Of a stretch of 64,000 nt of DNA, positions 26,305 through 39,064 are shown piece after piece; position 1 is the stretch's first letter, and every line of letters begins with the position of its first letter. The notes under the pieces were generated by a model. That model made no database searches. It saw only the letters and a list, made by a program, of their open reading frames with translations, and was not told the DNA's origin. The DNA is taken from positions 6,882,001-6,946,000 of the forward strand of contig NC_043018.1 in NCBI RefSeq assembly GCF_006345805.1, in the 5' to 3' direction. This DNA comes from Octopus sinensis (Eukaryota). The position numbers were made by a program, and so were the translations under genes.

Positions 26305-26700
26305 CAAGGCAGCGAGCTGGCAGAAACGTTAGCAGGCCGAGAGAAATGCTGAGCGGTATTTCATCTGCCGCTATGTTCTGAGTTCAAATTCCGCCAAGGT
26401 CGACTTTGCCTTTCATCCTTTCGGGGTCGATTAAATAAGTACCAGTTACGCACTGAGGTCGATATAATCGACTTAATTCATTTGTCTGTCCTTGTTTGTC
26501 CCCTCTGTGTTTAGCCCCTTGTGGGTAGTAAAGAAATAGGTATTTTGCCTGTCTTTACATTCTGTGTTCAAATTTCGCCGAGGTCAACTTTGTCTTTCAT
26601 CCTTTCGAGGTCAATAAATTAAGTACCAGTTGCTTACTGAGGTTGATCTAATCAACTGGGCCCTGCCCCCAAAATTTCAGGCCTTGTACCCAGAATAGAA
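26305..26700 (+). mobile_element. Two tandem SINE family C copies (full plus partial variant)
   Basis: The central domain occurs twice, at about 26400 and 26590. Confidence 0.8.
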
Positions 26701-26959
26701 AAGAATATTCTGTGAAAACATGTCTAGCTATGGGAGAAATATTTCGTTTTTGGATTTGGTTTGCAAGATTCTTTATATGAGTGCGTGTGTTGAAGCATAT
26801 TCTGCTGTGTCTGGGAGAGTCATTTTCTTTTTTGTGCCTAATTATGTAACACACTCACTGGTAAAATTTCCACTTTTTCTTATTTTTATTTTTTTATTTT
26901 ACTTTTTAAATTTTTACTGGTGAGTGTGTTACATAATAAGGCACAAAAAGAAAATGACA

Positions 26960-27110
26960 GGAGTGGTAAGTAGCTTGCTAACCAACCACATGGTTCCGGG
27001 TTCAGTCTCACTGCATGGCATCTTGGGCAAGTGTCTTCTGCTATAGCTTCGGGCCGACCAAAGCCTTGTGAGTGGATTTGGTGGACGGAAACTGAAAGAA
27101 GCCCGTCGTA

Positions 27111-27152
<42 letters not shown>

Positions 27153-27387
27153 CGTGTGTGCGTGTATGCTTGTGTGTATGCTTGTGTGTCTGTGTTTGTC
27201 CCCCTAGCATTGCTTGACAACCGATGCTGGTGTGTTTATGTCCCTGTCACTTAGCGGTTCAGCAAAAGAGACCGATAGAATAAGTACTGGGCTTACAAAG
27301 AATAAGTCCTGGGGTCGAGTTGCTCGATTAAAGGCAGTGCTCCAGCATGGCTGCAGTCAAATTAACAAAACAAGTAAAAGAGTAAAG
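26960..27387 (+). mobile_element. SINE family A
   Basis: Direct match to 4441-4855. Confidence 0.9.
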
Positions 27388-28310
27388 AGACTCTCCCCAG
27401 GTAGGCGACAGGAAGGGCATTCAGCAATAGAACAAATTCTAATCTACCCACGTGTGCACAGAAGGACAGACATGAAATGATGATGATGATTATGATGATG
27501 GTGATGATTTATCGGCCATCTGTACAGGCATGCTGTACTGTGTTGTGTCGTCATTTGTCACAAACCATTATGCCAAACGCAGCAGTAAGGAATTATTGCA
27601 AAAGTATTTTAGAAATTGGAACTGGCAAATCACACCAGGTGCAGAGAATCAGCCTCTGGCATTTCGGTTCACTGAGATTAAAAATATATATATATACCCT
27701 TCACACATTCAACTATTTGTTATCAAACACACACACACATGAGCGTACACACATATACTTGCACATACACAGATACACATGCAGCCACATGCATATGTGT
27801 ACACACACACACACACTCAAACACACATACAACCAATATATATATATACACAAACATGTGCTCAAACACACATATATACATACACCTACGCATACATATT
27901 CTTTTATTCAAAGGCATGCATACACTTATATAAATGCATCGATACATATACGCACACACATATACACATGTATATGAATATGTGTGTGTATAGGTGTAGT
28001 GTGCATGCATGAATGTGTGCAAGTGTGTATGTATATATCATCATCATCACTATCATCATCATCATCTTCAATCCTCCTCCTCCTCCTCCTCCTCACAATC
28101 ATCATCACCATCATCATCATTATTATCTTAACATCTACTTTTCCACCTATTCCATAAGTCAGATGGAATTCATTGAGACAGATTTTCTACAGCTGGGATG
28201 CCCTTCCTTTCACCAACCTTCACCTGTTTCCAAGTAAGATAATATTCCTCCATGGCTAGGCAGGATGTACAATGGTGATGCATGTTTATAACTATCATGT
28301 GAGCAAGGCT

Positions 28311-28350
<40 letters not shown>

Positions 28351-28389
28351 ACAGGCACACACACACACAGCTATATACACAGATATATA

Positions 28390-28675
28390 CAAGGTGGTAT
28401 CAAAAGGTTCCCGGCGTAGTTCTGTAGTGCACTAACAGGTGGCAGCACATGGTTGTATGCTCAGGGAAAGCTAGCAGTGACCTTCATAAAGCCATGCTGG
28501 AGCACTGCCTTTAATCGAGCAACTCGACCCCGGGTCTTATTCTTTTGTAAGCCCAGTACTTATTCTATCGGTCTCTTATGCCGAACTGCTAAGTAACGGG
28601 GACATAAACACACCAGCATCGGTTGTCAAGCAATGCTAGGGGGACAAACACAGACACACAAACACACACACGCAT

Positions 28676-28768
<93 letters not shown>

Positions 28769-29476
28769 ACATATATATATATATACGACGGGCTTCTTTC
28801 AGTTTCCGTCTACCAAATCCACTCACAAGGCTTTGGTCAGCCCGAGGCTATAGTAGAAGACACTTGCCCAAGGTGCCACGCAGTGGGACTGAACCCGGAA
28901 CCATGTGGCTGGTAACAAGCTACTTACCACACAGCCACTCCTGCGCCTATATTCTGTTTACTTTGTAAATTGTGAAATTTGAGCTTTTGTGATTACATAT
29001 TTTTGTATAGTCTGTGATCTTTGTCATGGAGAGCAAGTTAGAACAAAGTGCCAACATGAAATTTTATGTCAAACTTGGGAAGTCTGCTACAGAGATATTG
29101 AGCATACTTTGGCAACCTTACAGCAATAAGGTAACGGGTCGTATGCATGTTTTTGAGTGACACAAGCACTGTGAATGGCCTGTCAGAGCTGCTGCTCAAT
29201 CAAGAGGATGCTTATCGTATTTTTGACATCCGCAGTATTGTGCTTCAAGAATTCATCCCCCAGAGCCAGACTGCCAATTGAGAGTTCTACTGTGAATTTT
29301 GAAGAATTTGAGAGCGGACATTTAGCGAAAGTGACCGAATCTGTGGAGCATGAAGAACTGAATTCTCCACAACAGCAAAGCACACTGTCAATGATCTCTC
29401 TTCCCTTGTGAGTTTCTTAGCAAAAGTACCCTGGCATCACTTCTGCACCCACCCTCTTTGCTAGATTCAGCACCTG
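28390..29476 (+). mobile_element. Internally deleted mariner remnant, split by a SINE at 28490-28948
   Basis: TA-CAAGGTGGTATCAAAAGGTTCC end; EQSANMKFYVKLGKSATEIL; MLIVF-DIRSIVLQEFIPQSQT; LLHPPSLLDSAP. Confidence 0.8.
28490..28948 (-). mobile_element. SINE family A nested in a mariner remnant
   Basis: Reverse-complement match to 4441-4855. Confidence 0.9.
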
Positions 29477-29709
29477 AAATGTCAGTACTGGAGCATCTGG
29501 AGTGAATGCCAAGCAGTACAGTATATCCTTTCTAAATTTCTGGTAGAGTGAATTATGTTATGGTGCTGTTTTTGTCATAGATGGTGCCCAACTGACCCTA
29601 ATATACTGTGTAGTCGATAAACTCAAAAACAAACAATGTGCATGTGTGACAATTTACCAATTGCACCCTTTATATATATTTACATATCTATCTATCTATC
29701 TATCTATAT

Positions 29710-29925
29710 TCTCTCTTTACTCTTTTACTTGTTTCAGTCATTTGACTGCGGCCATACTGGAGCACTGCCTTTAGTCGAGCAAATCGACCCCAGGACTTAT
29801 TCTTTGTAAGCCCAGTACTTATTCTATCGGTCTTTTTGCCGAACCACTAAGTGATGGGGACGTAAACACACCAGTATCGGTTGTCAAGCAATGCTAGGGG
29901 GACAAACACAGACACACAAACATAT

Positions 29926-29969
<44 letters not shown>

Positions 29970-30130
29970 GACAGGCTTCTTTCAGTTTCCATCTACCAAA
30001 TCCACTCACAAGGCATTGGTCGGCCCGGGGTTATAGCAGAAAACACTTGCCCAAGATGCCACGCAGTGGGACTGAACCTGGAACCATGTGGTTGGTTAGC
30101 AAGCTACTTACCACACAGCCACTCCCGCAC
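29710..30130 (-). mobile_element. SINE family A
   Basis: Reverse-complement match to 4441-4855. Confidence 0.9.
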
Positions 30131-30145
30131 CTATATATCTATCTC

Positions 30146-30362
30146 ATTTCTGGGGCTAAACATAGAGGGGACAAACAAGGACAGACAAACGGATTAAGTC
30201 GATTACATCGACCCCAGTGCGTAACTGGTACTTAATTTTTCGACCCCGAAAGGATAAAAGGCAAAGTTGACCTCGGCGGAATTTGAACTCAGTACGTAAT
30301 GGCAGGTGAAATACTGCTAAGCATTTCACCCAGTGTGCTAACATTTCTGCCAGCTCACCGCC
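30146..30362 (-). mobile_element. SINE family C
   Basis: Reverse-complement match; adjoins the (TC)n tract before the PLE. Confidence 0.85.
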
Positions 30363-30363
30363 T

Positions 30364-30398
<35 letters not shown>

Positions 30399-30429
30399 CA
30401 TCCACGACCTCATCTCCTCCTCCGCTCTC

Positions 30430-32074
30430 CCCCTCACCGCCACCAACCTCATCGTCCGCACACACCCGCACCTCCACCATCTACTTCCTTCCCAAGATCC
30501 ATAAACCCTCTAATCCTGGCCGTCCCATAGTCTCTGCCTGTAATTGCCCCACTGAACTCATCTCCCTATACCTCGACCGCATCCTGTCCCCCTTAGTCGC
30601 AGCCCTCCATCCCACATACACGACACCAACCACGCCCTCCGTCTCTTCAATTCCTTTTCCTTCCCTTCAGCCCCTCACACCTCCTCTTCACTTTAGATGT
30701 AAAATCCCTGTACACAGTGATTCCCCACAACGACGGTCTCCTAGCCCTCCAACACTTCCTCGACCGTCGTCCCGACCACACCCCCAGCACCCCCACCTTC
30801 TCCGTTTGGCCGAGCTCGTCCTCACCCTCAATTGCTTCACGTTCGCCGGGGAAACGTACCAACAGGTGTCCGGGGGTCGCGATGGGAACTAGGATGGGCC
30901 CCAATTTCGCCAGTCTCTTTCTTGGCTACATTGAGGCCCAAGTGTCTCTCCAGAGTTCTCTGGGCCGACCCCCGAACTATACGGTCGCTATATCGACGAC
31001 TGCGTAGGTGCCACCTCCCTTTCCCGCGAACTTCTCTGCCAATTCATCTCTTTCCTTTCCAACTTTCACCCCTCCCTTCAATTCACCTCCACCATCTCCA
31101 ACACCTCTGTCAACTTCCTTGACAATCTCTCCGCATCGATCACCCCTCCAGATCTCTTCACCACCACCGCTTTTTTAAACCTACGGATTCCCACCTCTAT
31201 CTCAACTTCTCTTCCTCCCACCCCTTCCACACCAAACGAGCCATCCCCTACTCCCAGTTCCTCCGCCTCCGACGTTTGTGCAGCCGCCCGACCAGGATTT
31301 CGAGACCCAATCTCAATACCTGGCCCGCATGTTCAGACTCCGAGGTTACCCACCCATACTCCTCTCTGATGCCCTCACCACCCGCGCCCGTCGCATCGAC
31401 CGCACTACCGCCCTGTCTCCTTCCCCCCGCCCCACCCCCCACCCACCCCCCAGCACCCCCTTCCCCCTCCTTTCCCCCCCTTTCACCCTCTACCCTACCC
31501 CTTCGTCGCAAGATACTACGTGCCTTCCGTCGCCTCCAGCTTGATCCCACCACCCCGCCCCATTTTCCCTAACCTACCCCTGTCCTCTTTCAAACGAGCC
31601 CGCAATCTGCGTGACCTCCTGGTCCACAGCACCCTCTCTCCTTCCCCCTCAGCCCCACACGGATCATTCCCTTGCTCTAGATCCCGCTGCAACACTTGCC
31701 CCTTCATCACCAACACCACCGCTGTCACCGGCCCAACCTGCACACTGTACGCATTAGGCACTCTTTTACGTGCACCTCGTCTGGCCTTATTTACTGCATT
31801 AAATGCAACCTATGCGCGGATGCTGTATGTAGGACAGACGGGACGCCGGTTGTCCGACCGTTTCACTGAGCACTTAAGGGACGTTCGCCTACACTCTCTT
31901 TCTCCCGTCGCACGCCACTTCCGTTCGGCCGGCCATTCCCTAGATGACATCTCAGTGTTTGGTCTCGCCCCCCACCAAGGTCGCCCACTTTCCAGGCTCC
32001 ACTTGGAGCAACGCTACATCTTCCCCCTACAAACTACCCCCCCACACGGACTTAACACAGCCCCCTCCTCTTGA
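30430..32074 (+). mobile_element. Penelope-like retroelement (Neptune-type): RT, Cys-rich linker and GIY-YIG endonuclease; 5'-truncated and frameshifted
   Basis: Stitched frames give YFLPKIHKPSNPGRPIVSAC, DVKSLYTVIPH, VAMGTRMGPNFASLF, YGRYIDD (YIDD at 30989-31000), FKPTDSHLYLNFSSSHP, CSRSRCNTC and LYVGQTGRRLSDRFTEH...GLN. The stop is followed by a ~40-nt T run. Confidence 0.95.
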
Positions 32075-32079
32075 GATCT

Positions 32080-32119
<40 letters not shown>

Positions 32120-32120
<1 letters not shown>

Positions 32121-34890
32121 GCAACCACCACACACACACACCCACCTGCCTCCCACACGCACACACCCACCCCCACCTACCTCCACACAACACCCCCACC
32201 CACCTACCTCCCACACCGCCTGTTCACACACCACATACGCAGACCCATTTACGTACATACATTCACACATTAATCACACACACTTACAGACATACTAGCA
32301 CACACTAAATACAAAACAACATGCACATACACACACACATACATACATACGCCACACACATACATACTTACACACAACACACACACACACAGACACTACA
32401 CACACACATACACACACACATACCTACGCACATACATACACACACACTCACACACACACACACACACCGCACGTACATACTTCACACACACACATGCAAA
32501 CATACATGTAGGCACATACATACATACATGCCCACACAGTGCACACCCTTACACTGAATGCACACACACATACACCTTTTTGCATCCAGGCAGCCCCCCC
32601 TCTTTTCTGCTTTCGGTTTTGGCTGATGGATCCTCGGTTCCCGCGTAGCGGGGCGTTCGAGGGCCTTTGCGCTCGCGCGCCTTGGCGCGCGCTGGGGGCT
32701 TGGTCGGCCCCTTGGGCTTGCGTTGTACTGCTTGTGCGGTTGTGTGCGTGAGCGCGCTTTGTGCGTGTGGGCTTGCTTCGGATGTGCGCGTACGTATGTA
32801 TGCATACATACCCACACACTCGCATGCATCCCTACCCACATACATACACGCACACTACTCACACACACACATACACACACATACCTGCACACACACACAC
32901 ATACATACATACACATACATACCTACTTCAGACATACACACACACAGACATACACCCATACACTCACACTCACACGCATACACACACACACATACACACG
33001 CACACGTACACATACACACACACACACACCTACATACATACATTACACTTGTATACACACACACTTACATTCATACACACACACACCTACACAGCCATAC
33101 CCTCATTCAGACACACACATCTACCTACACACACACAAACACACACGGACACACACCCATACATACATACATCTACACACACACGCCTACACACATACAT
33201 ACACACATACATAAACACACACACATATACATATACACACATACGCACACACACATATACTTATACACATGCACACACACACACACATACATACATACAC
33301 CCATATACATACATACACACATACCCACATACTCCTATACGCACATACATACACAAAGACATACACACTTACACACTTACACAAACATACACACACACAT
33401 ACTTACACACACACTCACCTGCACGCGCACACACATGCATGACAAACACCCATACACTCACACTCACATACGTACACACCAACATAAACACGCACACGCA
33501 CACACACACCTACACTCCCACACACATACACACGCACCTACATACACACACGCACGCATACACACGCACACACACATACATTACACACGTACACACACAC
33601 CCACATACACATGCTACACACACACACACACACAACATGCACGGACACACCAGACCTACACACATACACCTATATACACACGCCCACACACGTACATACA
33701 CCACATATACACCACGCCCACACACCTACATACACACACATACATACACACACATACACGGACACACCCACACATACTTACATACATACACCTATACACA
33801 CACGCCTACACACCTACATACACACACATGCATACACACACACACACATGTACGCACATACACACACATATACGCACATACATATATACCCACACACATG
33901 CACACACACACACACATACGCACATGCATGCATGCATGCACACGCGCACACCTACACGCATACACACACACACGCACGCGTACACATACATACATACACA
34001 CACGCATACATACACCCATACACATACATGCATCCGACACACACATACATACACACTCACACATACATACACACACACACACACTTACTCACACACCTGT
34101 ATGTACGCGCACACACATGCACATACACACACTTCCCCACACCCACACGTACATACATACACACTCACACACATACACACACACACACGGACATACATCT
34201 ATGCACACACATACATACACACATACTCACATACATTCATCGCACACACTGCCACCCAGACATACACACAGACACACTCACACATCCACACACATACATA
34301 CGTACGCGCATACTCGCAGGCACGCGCACATACGCACTTACGCCGGCTCCCGTTGCATACGCGTCGCATACACCTCGCCCTTGGACCTGACGAGACCTCC
34401 CGCCCGTTCCTGGGACCGTCGCGTGTCGTTGGGTTTTCCCACGCCTGTCTCCGCGGTACCACTCTTCCATCTTCCCCTCAGCTGTAGTCCTTTTTCCTTA
34501 ACCCCCCCCCCTTTTTTCGTTACACACACGCGCACACATATACACACCTTGCCTATATATATACATCACTCTTACACACATTCAATCTACTCATTAATAC
34601 CACCACGACACTGGACACACACACACACTACTACTCAACACACGCTGGCACGCTACATACGCCCCCACCCCTTCCCCTCCCTCCCTTCCTCCTTCCTTCT
34701 TTTTCTTACTACTGACCTCCCTTCCTCCTTCCTTCTTTTTCTTGTCTGCTAGCTGACCACTAGTCTCGCCCTACCTCACACGCCTACACACAGACGCACA
34801 CACTAACACACACCTATATTTTTTTGTTTTTTCATCTCGCCTCACACACACACATACACACACGCACATGCACACACTCACACATACACA
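32120..34890. repeat. Degenerate (CA)n/(CATA)n tract containing two GC-rich blocks
   Basis: Direct inspection; GC-rich blocks at about 32585-32800 and 34310-34500. Confidence 0.9.
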
Positions 34891-34899
34891 CACATCTGT

Positions 34900-35200
34900 T
34901 GGGTTACCAACCTTGTCTCCACTCTTTTGCCTTTAAAAACCCACTTTGCTCTTGTTATCATCAACATCCGCCTTCACCATGTGCAACTCGTAAACACCAG
35001 TCGTCTTTTTTTTTTCTCTTCCCTGTTGCCCGCTCTGGGATCTTTCTTTCCTCTCTCTTCCTTCTTTATGTTTCCGACGAAGAGCTTCTCCGCTCGAAAC
35101 GTCATACCACCTCCCTGCTTCCATCTCCTGAGCGCCTATTAATAATAATACTGTAATTGTTCCTGTTGTTGTGTTTTTTTTTGTTTCCCTTTTGGATTAA
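34900..35200 (+). mobile_element. PLE-type terminal repeat (pLTR-like), probably the 3' end of the 30.4-kb element
   Basis: Pyrimidine-rich repeat homologous to 39735-39935 (-) and 40690-40830 (+). Contains a hammerhead-like motif and ends at (TA)n. Confidence 0.65.
35070..35107 (+). ncRNA. Minimal hammerhead-ribozyme-like motif with variant core CCGACGA
   Basis: CCGACGA-A-GAGC(TTCTCC)GCTC-GAAAC-GTC: stem II, GAAA, palindromic ACGT stem III and a GUC cleavage triplet. Confidence 0.7.
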
Positions 35201-35203
35201 AAT

Positions 35204-35313
<110 letters not shown>

Positions 35314-35413
35314 TCCGTAATAATGAAGGTGAAATTAATTAATTTGGAATAATTATCAATTACACCAAGTAGTCTTCGGCATGTAAAATCCTCATTCGAG
35401 GAAAATTTAAGTA

Positions 35414-35619
35414 ATACTAAGCAATAAAGGGTTTAGCAACGAATTGCCTTACCACAATACCGAATTTAGAAATAGCAGTCAAAGAGTTTAGCTATTTCTT
35501 CTACCAAAAAGGGAGATCTCCCTTTTTGGTAGAAGAAATAGCTATAACTCTTTGACTGCTATTTCTAAATTCGGTATGTGGTAAGGCAATTCGTTGCTAA
35601 ACCCTTTATTGCTTAGTAT
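35414..35619. repeat. Spacerless ~206-bp palindrome
   Basis: Centre GGGAGA|TCTCCC at 35516/35517; the arms differ only by two 1-nt indels. Confidence 0.95.
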
Positions 35620-36400
35620 ATAATATATATATATGCAAGATGTACGTATGCATGTATGTATACCTTTCTGCATTTTTCTGTCTGTATCTGATGTGAATAA
35701 TAAATAATTCACCCTGTTCCAAACCATAAACACACCAGCACATATATACATGTGCATGTACATGCACACACACACATGCATACGCACAAAATCACAAATA
35801 TATAATTGATTTCTAATTAAACTACACTCCCTGTACGTTTCAATTAAATTCTAAAGCAATCGTGAATCTAGACCGACTTTAAAAGACAAACAGAATTTCT
35901 TTTTTCTTGTTTCTCATGCATTAAATGGCAGTTTGAAGAAAAGAAAACATTTTTAGATAAATCTGTAAGCAAGTATTTTTTTCTCAAAGCTACCTCTAAT
36001 TACAGGTAGGTAAATTAAAATCTGAAATAAAATTATAAAAAAATGAAATTATCTGAATTTTGTTTGAATATAACCATATAAAATGAATTATAGGATGTAT
36101 TAGTAACACACTGTTATATAATATCTGCTATATTATATAATATCACAAAAATTGTTGCGTAACTTAAAAACATGTTAATAATTTATATTGTTATATATTT
36201 TATTTAAGTTACAAAACAATTTGTCGTGATTTTAGAATTTTCTTACTGTTAAATAAAATTTCATAAACTATTTCTCTGTCATTTATGATTTTATTGCATT
36301 CTCTCGTATCATACTATGTATTCTATATGTTTTGTAGAATGATACGTTATGGAGCTTTTATTATGAGTACTACCAGATTACTTGAATCCATATATATATA

Positions 36401-36449
<49 letters not shown>

Positions 36450-36450
36450 A

Positions 36451-36646
36451 TGCCATGATAGATCGTTAGCTCCTACACACATTTTTTTCTCTCCTTGTTT
36501 TTTTCTGTGTATCTTTCTGTCGAAGAACGTAGGCTCAAAATGTAAAAGACTTGTTCTATTTCTATTCCTGAGCGCCATACTAATACATTTGTTTGTTTAT
36601 ACTCCACCTGCCTTCGTCTTTTGTTTATTTCCGTAAACTTTCCCTT
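36451..36646 (+). mobile_element. ~190-bp PLE-type terminal-repeat family (copy 2)
   Basis: Motif TCTTT-CTGTCGA-A-GAAC(GTAG)GCTC-AAAA-TGT-AAAAGA. Flanked by (TA)n on both sides. Confidence 0.6.
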
Positions 36647-36684
<38 letters not shown>

Positions 36685-36766
36685 GAGGCACAATGGCCCA
36701 ATGGTTAGAGCAGCAGACTCGTGGTCGAAGGATCGCAGTTTCAATTCTCAGACCGGGCGTTGTGCG

Positions 36767-38152
36767 TGGTTAGGGTTAGGACAATGTGAGAGAGAAAATT
36801 GTGATGTCATGGGAGAGAAATGTGCTCGCATGGATGATGGGGCACTTGTATTTAATGATTCTGCAAAGAAAGAGGCTTGAAAATGCCATTATGAAAGACT
36901 TCTGAACATGGAGAATGAACGGGAGGAGGGGAGTCTCCCAAATGTTGACCCAATTGAGGGACCAGTTATATGGATTGACGGTACCTTGGTTGATAATGCA
37001 ATTAAGGATATGAAGACAGGGAAAGCACTTGTCCCATCAGGAATCACCACTGAGATGCTTAAAATATCTGGTGGTGTGAGTTTTGGTCTAGTCACCCATA
37101 TTGTAAATCAAATGGTTCATGAAGGAGTTATCCCCAACAACTGGTATAACAGCACCATAGTCAACAACTACAAAGGTAATGGTGATGCTTTAGATAGAAA
37201 TAATTATAGAGGTATCAAATTATTGGATCTGATGATGAAGGTTATGGAGAGGGTCATAGACCAACTAATTAGGGAGAGAGTTAGACTAGATGAGATGCAG
37301 TTCGGTTTTTGTGCCAGGGAGAAGCACCACTGATGCTATATTTTTGGTAAAGCAACTGCAGGAGAAATACCTAGCCAAAGACAAACTTCTGTACCTTGCT
37401 GTCATTGACATGGAGAAAGCCTTTGACAGGGTCCCCCAATCCCTTATCTCATCACCAATGTTGAAACTATGGATTGATGAGTGGTTGGTGGGAGCTGTAT
37501 GAGCAATGTACAGGGGTGCTACCAGTAAAGTGAGGGTTGGCAATGAGTACAGTGAAGAATTCAAGGTACAAGTAGGGGTTCACCAAGGATTGGTTCTCAG
37601 CCCCATCTTGTTCATCATAGTTCTCCAGGCAATAACAGAGGAATTTAAGACAGGCTGCTCCTGGGAGCTCCTCTATGCTGATGACTTTCTTCTTATAGCT
37701 GAATCACTACCAGAACCAGAGAAGAAGTTTCAGGTATGGAAGCAAAGTCCAGAATCAAAGGGCCTCAGCGCTAACCTAGCATAAACCAAAGTCTTAGTAA
37801 GTAGGAAGGCAGACAAATCACAAATCCCTTCAGATAGATGGTCCTGCTCAATCTGTAGAAAAGGCTTAGGTAGAAACTCCATAAGATTTTCCCAGTGTAA
37901 GCTATGGACACATGAGATGTGCAGCAATATCAGAGGAAGGTTAACAGGAAAAATAGTTTTTGTGTGTGGAAGATGCACAGGTGCAATAAACACCGAAAAT
38001 ATACAGAAAATAGACTCCATCAGCTGCCAGTGGGGTATGCTAGAGGTAGTAGATAGCTTCCGTTATCTAGGTGACCAAGTTAGTAGTGAAGATGGCTGCT
38101 CTGAGAGCATAGCTGTCAGAATAAGAATAGGCTGGGCAAAGTTCAGAGAGCT
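36767..38152 (+). mobile_element. RTE-clade LINE fragment: RT domain with PHD-like zinc-finger insertion; degenerate
   Basis: YKGNGDALDRNNYRGIKLL, MQFGFVPGRSTTDAIF, DMEKAFDRVP, GVHQGLVLSPILF, LLYADD, FRYLG, RIRIGWAKFREL. Contains stops and frameshifts. Confidence 0.95.
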
Positions 38153-38491
38153 GGTGGTGGTGATGGAGGTGTTTTTGGCGGTGGTAGTTGAGCTTGTGAT
38201 GGCGGTAGTGTGGATGTGGTGATCATGATTGACATCATTGTGGTGGTGTTGGTGGTGGTTGTTGTGGTTGTGGTGGCAATGGTCGTGCTGGTATTGATGG
38301 TAATGGTGGCGGTGACGGTAGTGGTGGTGATGGGGATGATGACAGCAGTGTTGGTGGTGGTGTTGATGATGAAGGCAGTGGTGGTGGTGGTGGTGTATAA
38401 TGGTGATGCTGGTCACATTTATGATAATGATGATGGTAATAATAGTGACAATAAATGCGTGGGGGGAGTGTGGGCATGTTGCTTTTGTTGT

Positions 38492-38522
<31 letters not shown>

Positions 38523-38785
38523 CAGTGTCTGAAGAGGTGGAGTAATATGATGAGGAAGAGAACACTGAGACTGTGTCGACTGGAACAGAGACGGGCGAAG
38601 TAAAGCAAGAGATATTAAAAGATCACAGCAGGTCTTTTCCGTGAAGACTTGGCAAAAATACAGAGGAAGGCATTCCACTTCTTGGAAGAGCAAAAGAGAG
38701 AGAGAGAGAGAGAGAGGCTGAGATGGAGGGGGAGAGAGAGAGTGACAGAAAGCAAGAGAAAAAGAGAGAGGAACACAGAGAGAGG

Positions 38786-38825
<40 letters not shown>

Positions 38826-39028
38826 GTGTATGTATACACACATACAAATACATATATATTTGTATGTGTATATGCATATATATATATATATATACATATG
38901 TATGTATATATATATATATATATATACATATATATTATATATATATATATACACATACAAATATATATATGTATATATTGATATTATATATATAATATAC
39001 AAAGATATATATATATATAATATATATG

Positions 39029-39064
<36 letters not shown>

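Noticed and set aside
34381-34420. CTGACGAG, a hammerhead core half
   Set aside because: No downstream GAAA or stem II.
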